DNA of 51,932 bases from positions 1 to 51,932 of the IMG/VR virus record IMGVR_UViG_3300017913_002066; one strand, written 5' to 3'. How positions within the stretch are numbered: the stretch's first letter is position 1; every line of letters starts with the position of its first letter. This document shows positions 48,501-51,932 of this stretch, piece after piece. The notes under the pieces are model-generated. The model saw nothing but the letters and a program-made list of their open reading frames with translations, had not been told where the DNA came from and ran no database searches. A program made the position numbers and the translations under genes. The stretch is from a virus (lineage: Duplodnaviria; Caudoviricetes).

Positions 48501-48644
48501 CTGTATCATTTGATCAAACGTAGCACTTAGGAACTTTTTGTTGTGTCTAGTACGGAAGTACTTAGGTAAGTGATTTACGCTTGAACGTTTAATAGGACTT
48601 CCTGCCGGTAGTGCAGGATCATTCTGGTTATCATCGTAAGCCAT
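33555..48644 (-). CDS. giant modular virion structural protein (baseplate wedge-associated, 5029 aa)
   Basis: Uninterrupted 15-kb ORF coupled (TAATG) to the gp6-like gene. Contains FG-GAP-like propeller repeats, CBM5/12-like WxxxxxYxxGxxV repeats, GSGY repeats and GDG(S/T)xxxF repeats. Confidence 0.85.
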   Translation of the reverse strand: MAYDDNQNDPALPAGSPIKRSSVNHLPKYFRTRHNKKFLSATFDQMIQPGVAEKINGYYGRQTTDAFTADDNYVGDVSKAREDYQLEPASVIKDTLGNVTYYKDYNDYINQIGNFNGTNVNHDKLNAQEYYSWDPHIDWDKFVNFREYYWLPTGPQSVPVAGQNVDVVSTYTVTAKDNADNRSYVFSPDGKTPNPSLKLYRGVTYRFEINTPGLPLVFRSKRVNDASYNIIQDSTAGIESGVIEFKLSDTTPDTIYYMSDNDENASGIINVFDIEEASTIDVEAEVIGKKTYKTGNGFELSNGMKIYFIGAVTPSSYDEGEYYVEGVGDAIRLIKEDSLDVPTTFTSNITNPFDGAAFDRMPFGQSIGYPETKDYIVINRSAIDGNLWSRYNRWFHRDVIEKSAKINNQPVEVDQANRASRPIIEFEAGIRLFNFGTSNKTDVDLVDVFTVDVRSTIEGATGYNIDKVDLTEGMRILFLGDKDERVYGKIFKVTFIKHNNRTQIALVDETDTDAIENETVLVRQGTVYKGKMFYYNGTVWKQGQDKTDVNTSPLFDLFDREGNSYSDQTIYDASNFSGNAIFTYKRGTGSNDSELGFPLSYRNITNSGDILFDFNLLGQAFTYQVENALKTINSDITFLKKYTDIDSFDYVSGYKKAKYLSNQKVLRQYIYDGTQDSFAIDQYDESANISDMWLRVYKNNKIQKQDVDYKITTDVNSVDHIEFISDLTVGDVVLLKTKSATDKNANGHYEFPINLERNPKNANLTEFTLGEVNDHVSTIVEEVNGFTGEFPGKSNLRDLGDVTDLGSRFVKHSGLINHSLYHLTSVESNVINAIKFSRKEYGKFKRRFIQVAETLGFEGDIKTHVDLIFAEMNKSKTETQPFFFSDMVPLGAAKELRYEIDDPNNTFFALTRAFDKTVLDKKAVTVYLNGVQLIHGKDYTFNTEGFAVITATKSEDDVVTIYEYENTNGSYVPATPTKLGLYPAWEPTKYTDNTYRTAVDVIQGHDGSITKAYGDFRDNLLLELEKRIYNNIKIAYDQKVFDLTDYIENENRVADLKKTAIDKAMLSDFIEWTKLVDVDYTKNDFVRSDSFTFNYESMQSPSGKKLPGYWRQVYMTAFDTDRPHTHPWEMLGFTVKPTWWETNYGPAPYTGDNLVMWQDIEAGKIAEPNKAARFVEKYKRVNLTQHIPAGESGEILSPLASGYAQGFTSLGIEDNFQFGDGAPAESAWRKSSEYPFALINSLIINQPNRMFATAFDRSRQIRDAAGQLVYKDTNKHIELDNIVYPPSVNSKTQTYTSGIVNYVADYMFLDTTSSYETYQQNISNIQNNIGFKLGAFTEKAKFKLILDSRSPYNQGNVFVPEENYEIILNTSTPTRTVAYSGVIVEKVAGGYTVRGYSNTSASFKTHPVQKQSKDPVITIGGISEDFLQWTDGKYYEQGQIVEFQGAYFRITEGHTSGGTLDSEKSVKLAELPIVGGVRASFARLFNTSTVKEYAYGTTFTTLQEVVDFMLGYGKYLEEQGFVFDYYEGNEAVVQDWSYSAKQFMFWTTQRWDNGTLITISPAAQFLKFKSDYSVVANVYDTLYGYSVTKADGKKLNREFIAVGRENPNEFYMHTRNTADGIYAISLPLVQKEHVVLLDNKTVFGDVIYDQEPGYRQERIKVSGYRTDEWNGSISIPGFFYDDAKIVEWEPWVDYNVGAIVKYKEFYYSADQKIPGTETFIDNQWARLTDKPVGGLYSNWDYKAIQFTDFYDLDSDNFDVEQQRLAQHLIGYQKRQYLENIINDDVSQYKFYQGMLQDKGTKNALTKMFDALASANKDSLEFYEEWAIKDGQYGAVDNFQEVDYKLDETEFRLAPQPIDLVQSVPANDTDLIYKILPHQVYQKPDNYDHSPFPTKYVDKTFVRDAGYVNQEDIKVIAETYDKIAELTFDDMRQGDYVWVGTDVRTWSVYKYSNTSNIVKSVTGGADEFVLNLKETYKDIEVGDVIGIFDIDDIQGFYKVKSLTGDKITLGTEENVDDIEDTTGYITNFVKVRSANVDEANKVAQKTLEDKDILWIDDNAGKWSVLQNDKNYKLENELENESSDNSLEHFASAISVNTRNTTLAIGIPDRGNGKVLVYTRPSETSNWLLTSELDPLVNASADGERFGASVEVSEDGSYIYVGSPNASNVKTQFKDDYVNTTDYLKNDIVKHEDRLWQALLGIEGAEAAIQFDSFASVTQIRAALGLTVKTSEAPIVLATGNYPFTNTSTNQLIVRAPKDMYDGSKVTDIVSLKWNQRTYANQQKRILEDLAPFNSNYSELSSTFITGEHTILYKIDSVIYVDASTNIPNVDDIVETNGAKGTVAYKYVNGAQVTLYMKDVNGTFPSSGSAFFDTGDFIGEFVKSLDTDTEDYSEEWGGFWVIETDNSYTTGLTAGLLTDSGKGLIYEDFTPSGSTNENRAYYNSLDYDDDSSVNSQNSIGSYIRTLSTVGAPGALGVTTPILSDLYVVKGAKALTDTLAKDDTINLFVDQSEKFFDLVWTNNRSYTVGTIVKVGEILYKCLRDHTSAEDALFANEIIDNDTAERNWEVYADPSFIDIRDLSITTATTNKAQTVYDIWDGYIDFNFTKTIQAGPLAGEFFEPKVFEPGVHPDDRTDNLRVRDTNTGAEADVVFYIRNGSTGTIFVKNKTGNFSLGNNFGDNTEIELLGDPGRSDPNYQGTQIFGQIDQVNFEYAPFGIGKFVVLQADDDIALPAVNPLTNNRYDNFLLETEYWLYDKGTVSGIPRQATIPSSESNSWNEVYKIPAGSFATPSTYTNEGMFSIWKRTVAGYFLPEGYFINEYRGDNQYLGTEIKGSKINDLYRAFVYASQDGSANGRIYQYKKGVENGVTFDWDTAKNKQFKGEFSTSRTYQENDIVYLGGSLLRAITNVSAGDFTASDWTSTNDLVDYVGYIPNDTGLAVINDSTDGSTVLDQESLGVFGNTFDVNANGEVLVASVTYNEAKPNGVVVYRINQGFFEFDQLIEAPSKTIGFADSVAISNDGMSIAVGAPFDDDVNADQGVVYIYRQSEGKFNLDQTLNSPKNERAEQFGHALSYDGNILAIGSKNADSLFESTFDVYSEKKEGETYVNDPTSSLTDTATSFDNSFTKFRTTNVNDGVVYIYENVGNKLLYADIIQYNDDSVRYFGRNIVTARNHVYVGLPRIPNTYTLGRLLDYRIEGKVWNQTRTPKDPGDLSKIKKIILYNTKTKDLLTYLDYIDPLQGKIAGQADQELRYKTYYDPATYTDGTGVVVDKFNSWGPEQVGQLWWDLTNAKFINPYQGDITYSTNNWNKLYQGASIDVYEWVETTLSPTSWNAQADTNDGVAQGISGQAKNVENYVVKKVYDSISQSFTEKYFFWVKDKKTIPDNEFRTESAFNTAKLIRDPYGSGYRYVSFFSDSQFAINNCDTLIEGDDVAVSIQYYTGEDQDQNIHNQYQIITDGLGTSKPNRDIERKWFDSLIGYDTRNRTVPDPTLGAKKKYGILNNPRQSMFVNAIEARKQLVERANSILAQNLIVETKDITGLSYKEEFPSTTTRLYDTSVDTFAELELVGVAKARQAQLTPVIENGKIIRVNITDAGSGYLVVPTYKIIGTGEGAELEFTIGTSGNITSVNVINQGENYEDGATIEVRKFNVLIKADETIAGKWAIYERTASRNWSRIRSQSFNTELYWSYIDWYATGYNATTEINYLVDYSYQLFGLDDNIGDVVKISTIGTGGWLLLQKIDDQATTDYTVNYKTIGRENGTIELSAGLYDVSASLNGYDSISFDVQFFDSQPITEQRKILEVIRDNLFIEDLEDEYNQLFFASIRYAMSEQPYIDWAFKTSFVTAQHNAGELREDITFNNDNLPSYEDYLEEVKPFKTKLREYLSSYERLEPTNSVITDFDLPPRFVEGRETILPHNTQVLDDMIVGTDSDITTYPYKHWLDNASYEIKSVNLYDGGTKYVEPPVITAVGGGGSGAKFKSYLGANGKVVKIDVINPGSGYISAPTLEVNGSNPEGTNAKASAVIGHETVRSFTTHVKFDRISSSYIITKLSETENFVGSGSQYIYDLKWPIDLKPSTISVTVGGIELLSSEYTYRNKVDNTKTYTRYKGEITLSTPPANLKAVVIKYKKSPDLLTAQDRVNLEYDPTTGMLGKSLSQVMDGIDYGGVEVKSFGFENQGGFDTDDWFSGVWDSYDETYEDEVFNFDGSTTQITLSKALENGVEYNVYKNNVRIDDPDYDGSTEITNQNAIMETLVGDGETTVIYLDNYNIRVADGDTLVIRKKTSDGSFLADPFGYDTVIEGGNFPYTSASGLNAEDITVDGDGFVTPTTSKGPEEIVPGQVIDTVDIQVYERPTTGGSNIRSFNYIGDGSTKTFNIDQNIAFNNNIFVKVGDSIQTSDDYEFATDRKSITLDVAPSTGTRVNIITLDVAGQNVLDYGTFVGDNSTGDFLTNVRFTENMTHYATIDGVEQETILVKSDDSSFDVPGNVVIRFGSPVADGKVVNYGIFEGTTQNYSSVQIDEFIGDGSSITFTLETTPFSATPSQHNTIVKVNDTILTAGYSEQFAVTDTREYQLNLWQVPLGTFNHQDLLVYLNDVELTYGQQWNFVSAGEFDESTALDQQEGSTITLLPGVGTTGDTLRVYAIKDGQYAYGYWDSEGEFVSTPGTIYMDNVYESSDIITVYTFNNDSVQGIERSEFDAVERTKITKGTEDWYQLRHLRNGLIELRKPAQDAQYVWVAKNGTLLTPSVDYYVTDNKKYLKIVHDIAENDTLDIIQFSATTLVQKFGWRQFKDMLNRTHYKRLTGSEDILLVRDLYPWDKTIEVENGDKLPQPGANPDLPSIIWIEGERIEYFVRDGNVLKQLRRATLGTGAKNVYREGTEVYHQGIDQNMPYKDETITLTLDGDGTSTEFQLDWTPADPSGSGTAIDTFEVFVAGKRLRKNSISSYQFETVDGDGNTVSAPQMDSPEGDQTLAAEFTLSGSTITLAEPAPVNSKVMIIRKQGRIWSDPGTQLSKAEGNIARFLRNSTTDLPR

Positions 48645-51600
48645 TAGTAGCTACTTCCTCCGTTGGTGCTAGTTGTTGCTGTTGTAGTAGAAGCACTAGT
48701 AATTCCTGTATTAACTGTATTGCTTTCTGTAACTACATTGCCTGCAGATTTTAATCTGCTTGCAGTAATAGCATCAATTATATCTATATCTGTAACTTGA
48801 GCGCCACTAATTAAAATTTCATCACTTTCTGATTTGATTTCATATAAGCTACCAAATGCTTGTGTGTCATCTTGTGGAACAATTACAAATGTTGTTAAGT
48901 CTGGTGACAATTGGCTCATTACATAAGCACTTAATTCACTAAAGTAAAATGTTTCTCCAAACTCCCAGTTTTCTAAACTAAAGAATTCGTTTATTGCACT
49001 AATGACTCTTGACTTGACGTCATTGTCATTAATTACTTTATCAGGATTTTTTACTACTTTAAACTGTGCTTGCAAATCGCTTCTCGCTTTATCACCAAAT
49101 AATACTTTGTATTTTACAGGATGATAAATGATTTCATCACTGATCGATTTTACTTCATTTAGTTTCTTACCAAAGTTTTGGAACAGAGCATCACTGCTAG
49201 GCGGCAATGGCTTTGTAGGTCTTGCTCCGTCTATCCATTTTCTAAATTCAGTGTCATAACTTCTTGTAAGCAAATAAGTATCCACAATGTTACTTGCACT
49301 AGGATCAATACGTGTGCTTGCATCAGCTGCATGAACATAATGGAATTTTAGTTTATCTCTACCAATTTTTGCTTTGTAGTCATCTGTCAATGTAAGTGTG
49401 CTTGTAGTTTTGTCTAATACCTTAAATACTTTTTCTTCTGTAAGGTAAAATATCTGACCATCATCATATGCACTGTAAGCACCTACTGCTGTTTCGTTTT
49501 GTTTAATTTGTATCTTTAAAATTGTGTTACTTACATAGTTAAAATCTTCTACGCCATCTGATGATTTTGTTTTACGTAAGAATACATATTTTTCTAAAGG
49601 ATTAGTTGTTTCAGCTACAATCTCATCAAATATCTGCGGATCATCTACAACACCGTCATCGTCTGAATCAAAGAATGTAACTTGTATTTTCTTTGAATTA
49701 ACATAGCCTTCCGCATCTCTAAATTCTTCTTTAATTTCCCAATCAAAATCAACCGTAAAATTACTTGTGCTATCAGGTTGTGTATTAACACTCAAAACAC
49801 TAATTTTATCTTTTACTGTTTTGCCAGTAAGATTATTATAAATTTTATCGCTTGAATCATAATAGAATTTAACTTCTGAATCGCTTTCAAATACATAACG
49901 GCTACCTCTATATGTTATAGTGTATTTTTCGCCGTCAGTTTGGAAAAGCAATAACCAACTTGCGTCTAGTTTTTGTCCTGTGACATCTCCAGTTTTACCT
50001 GTGCTAAATGCAACATTCAATCTAAGATTTTCTTCTGTAATTAGTTTCCATTCACCGCTTGTTCTATCAAAACGTAATCCGAAAGCATTAAAAGCACTAA
50101 TTTGATCAATAACCTGTGTTTTTACTTCGTCAGTGATTGCAGTTGCAATATTAGGACGTATTTCTACAAGTTGTGCATCTGTAGGAATAGTGTCATTTAG
50201 TTGCACAGCACCTACACCGTCATCATCTGTAGTTGTACCGTCTCCAGTTACACTTACAACCTTTGCCCATTTGTATGTTACAGCACCTAGGTGATCAGCA
50301 GGACCATTCATAAGTTTATTATCTTCCGTAGTCATAAAATGCTTGCCTGCAGGTGCAACAAATTTAACAAGTGATCCTGGCTTTACAAATTGTAGTGTTG
50401 AACTTGTAAATGTACCTAACTGAATTTTTACGCCAGCTGTACTTTCGTAAATACCAGTTGTACTGTTTGTATCATTTGTTTTTTGTTTCCAAACAATATT
50501 CAAATCTTCAACATTAATTTTTGGAAAACTATTAGTATAAAAGTTTTTAACTAATGTGCTTCTTAAAATAGGTTCAACGGTGTTTGCAATAGCGCCACTA
50601 ATATCTGTTGTTGTACTAAATGTAAATGATTCTTTTGAATCTAAGAAATCTTTATATACTACACCGTCTGTAGCAAACATATTTGTCTTTGAATATTTGC
50701 CTGTTGCATCTAGTAAATCAAAGTATCTACTAATGCCACTAGCAGTTCTATTCACACTTTTTGTTTTAACAATCTCTTGTGAAACAGTTAGTGGAACAAT
50801 TTGATAATCTTCAGCAGTAATCATTCTGTTCTGTGTATAATAAGTTGCAGGTGCATTGTTTTTAATACTAGCACTAGTTTCACTTACAGTTCCATTATCA
50901 ACTGTGTATTCTAGTGCATAGATAATTGTTAGTGTTTCAATAGAACCTGACTTACTAAAATAAGGAACTTTGATACTAATACCTTTCATTTCGTCTGGTG
51001 TAATTACCATACGCTGATTTTTACTTGTTCTGTAGTAGGCTCTAAACGTTCCTTTAGGCAAATTACCAAACACACCGTCAGAAAATACAATACTAATTCT
51101 GTCTTCAACTCTTGTAAGCACACTATAAAAGTTTCTTACACTTTTATTCAAACTATTGTAGATAACATTGTTACCCTCAGTAGCGGCAACCTTTGACCAT
51201 AATTCAACTTCTTGTCCATTTGAATCTAGTTTATACAGCCAAACATCACTGTCATTAACATTCACCGCATCAATAGCAACAACTTGATTAGTTGTTGGAT
51301 TAGTAATTGTAAATGGACCTTGGTCTAGTGCGCCTTGACGGAAGTGGCTGAAGAAGCCTGTATTTGAACTACCGTTGCCTCGTCCATCATTACGATATAG
51401 TAGTGCAAAGTTATTACCTGGGAACGGTGCTTCTTCTTCAATTACACCATCGCCGATGTTTGTGCTAACAATTTCAAATCTGTTGTTAGCACCATTTACA
51501 GCTTTGTTAAAACTATAAACAGGAACATCATCATTTGTGCTGTTAAATCTATACTGCTCTGAAGGAACACCTGCGATTGTATCCTTTTTAAATGGACGTC

Positions 51601-51931
51601 CAAATGTTCCATTTACCGGCAATGCCGCATTCATAACAAGGATAAATTGCTCATACCAGTCTGGGTTAGATGGGTCATTCCAAAGGACAGTTTGATTTTC
51701 TAAGTTTGTATTATTACTGTCAATAATTTCTTCTGTTGTTGTTACGCTCTCAACTTTAAGCAAACCGTTTGCCGCTTGGTTACGCTTAGGGTTATATGAA
51801 AGCAAACGTGCAAGACGCAACACACTTTCTCTACGCTCTGCAAGTTCAAGGAAGTTTTCTCTAGCGTTTAAGTCTGTGCGGAATGCAAGGTTTTGCCCAA
51901 GATATGCAATCATATCTATAAGTGCAACATA
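48644..51931 (-). CDS. baseplate wedge subunit, T4 gp6-like (5'-truncated by the window edge)
   Basis: The frame stays open to the edge (YVALIDMIAY...ENFLELAERRESVLRLARLLSYNPKR). Contains IVFSDGVFGNLP and ETSASIKNNAPATYYTQNRMITAEDY gp6/baseplate-J motifs. Confidence 0.88.
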   Translation of the reverse strand, partial: YVALIDMIAYLGQNLAFRTDLNARENFLELAERRESVLRLARLLSYNPKRNQAANGLLKVESVTTTEEIIDSNNTNLENQTVLWNDPSNPDWYEQFILVMNAALPVNGTFGRPFKKDTIAGVPSEQYRFNSTNDDVPVYSFNKAVNGANNRFEIVSTNIGDGVIEEEAPFPGNNFALLYRNDGRGNGSSNTGFFSHFRQGALDQGPFTITNPTTNQVVAIDAVNVNDSDVWLYKLDSNGQEVELWSKVAATEGNNVIYNSLNKSVRNFYSVLTRVEDRISIVFSDGVFGNLPKGTFRAYYRTSKNQRMVITPDEMKGISIKVPYFSKSGSIETLTIIYALEYTVDNGTVSETSASIKNNAPATYYTQNRMITAEDYQIVPLTVSQEIVKTKSVNRTASGISRYFDLLDATGKYSKTNMFATDGVVYKDFLDSKESFTFSTTTDISGAIANTVEPILRSTLVKNFYTNSFPKINVEDLNIVWKQKTNDTNSTTGIYESTAGVKIQLGTFTSSTLQFVKPGSLVKFVAPAGKHFMTTEDNKLMNGPADHLGAVTYKWAKVVSVTGDGTTTDDDGVGAVQLNDTIPTDAQLVEIRPNIATAITDEVKTQVIDQISAFNAFGLRFDRTSGEWKLITEENLRLNVAFSTGKTGDVTGQKLDASWLLLFQTDGEKYTITYRGSRYVFESDSEVKFYYDSSDKIYNNLTGKTVKDKISVLSVNTQPDSTSNFTVDFDWEIKEEFRDAEGYVNSKKIQVTFFDSDDDGVVDDPQIFDEIVAETTNPLEKYVFLRKTKSSDGVEDFNYVSNTILKIQIKQNETAVGAYSAYDDGQIFYLTEEKVFKVLDKTTSTLTLTDDYKAKIGRDKLKFHYVHAADASTRIDPSASNIVDTYLLTRSYDTEFRKWIDGARPTKPLPPSSDALFQNFGKKLNEVKSISDEIIYHPVKYKVLFGDKARSDLQAQFKVVKNPDKVINDNDVKSRVISAINEFFSLENWEFGETFYFSELSAYVMSQLSPDLTTFVIVPQDDTQAFGSLYEIKSESDEILISGAQVTDIDIIDAITASRLKSAGNVVTESNTVNTGITSASTTTATTSTNGGSSY

Positions 51932-51932
51932 T

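Noticed and set aside
360-50804. Numerous short opposite-strand or alternate-frame ORFs (e.g. 1276-1584, 18388-18759, 21015-21401, 31233-31613)
   Set aside because: They are shadows of longer genes with recognisable motifs and have no RBS or family features.
1-51932. Stop-codon reassignment as in some large phages
   Set aside because: Standard code gives near-complete coding density, including a 15-kb ORF. TAA, TAG (3374, 7100) and TGA all end genes at sensible junctions.
1-51932. CRISPR array, integrase/transposase, intron or intein
   Set aside because: No regularly spaced direct repeats, recombinase motifs, LAGLIDADG/HNH or intein splice motifs were noticed by eye.

Overview
This window is a segment of a large AT-rich tailed-phage genome, apparently a T4-related or jumbo-type myovirus (inferred from gene content and TAAATA late-promoter motifs). 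The right half (26577-51932, minus strand) is a baseplate/tail module: a 5'-truncated gp6-like baseplate wedge, a 5029-aa modular virion protein and three paralogous fibre proteins with different C-termini. The left end has small hypothetical genes and an Mtd_N-type tail fibre. Between them lies a ~24 kb island (2775-26524) made almost entirely of tailoring enzymes: about 11 Fe(II)/2OG-type oxygenases, two sulfotransferases, PanD, an ATP-grasp ligase, two GNAT-like proteins, a PP-loop ATPase, a B12 radical SAM enzyme, a fatty-acid desaturase, three further radical SAM domains, four glycosyltransferase-like proteins and a methyltransferase. The most notable observations are: (i) a sigma70-type panD-oxygenase-GNAT-ATP-grasp-sulfotransferase operon that looks like a beta-alanyl-amide pathway; (ii) a repeated TAAATA-N5-ATG arrangement suggesting leaderless late mRNAs from back-to-back promoters; (iii) an atypical tRNA-Tyr-like element that has its own promoter motif yet overlaps the end of one CDS and the RBS/start of the next; and (iv) an HxA (halogenase-type) metal motif in that downstream CDS. 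All family assignments come from motif recognition by eye; no searches were run.
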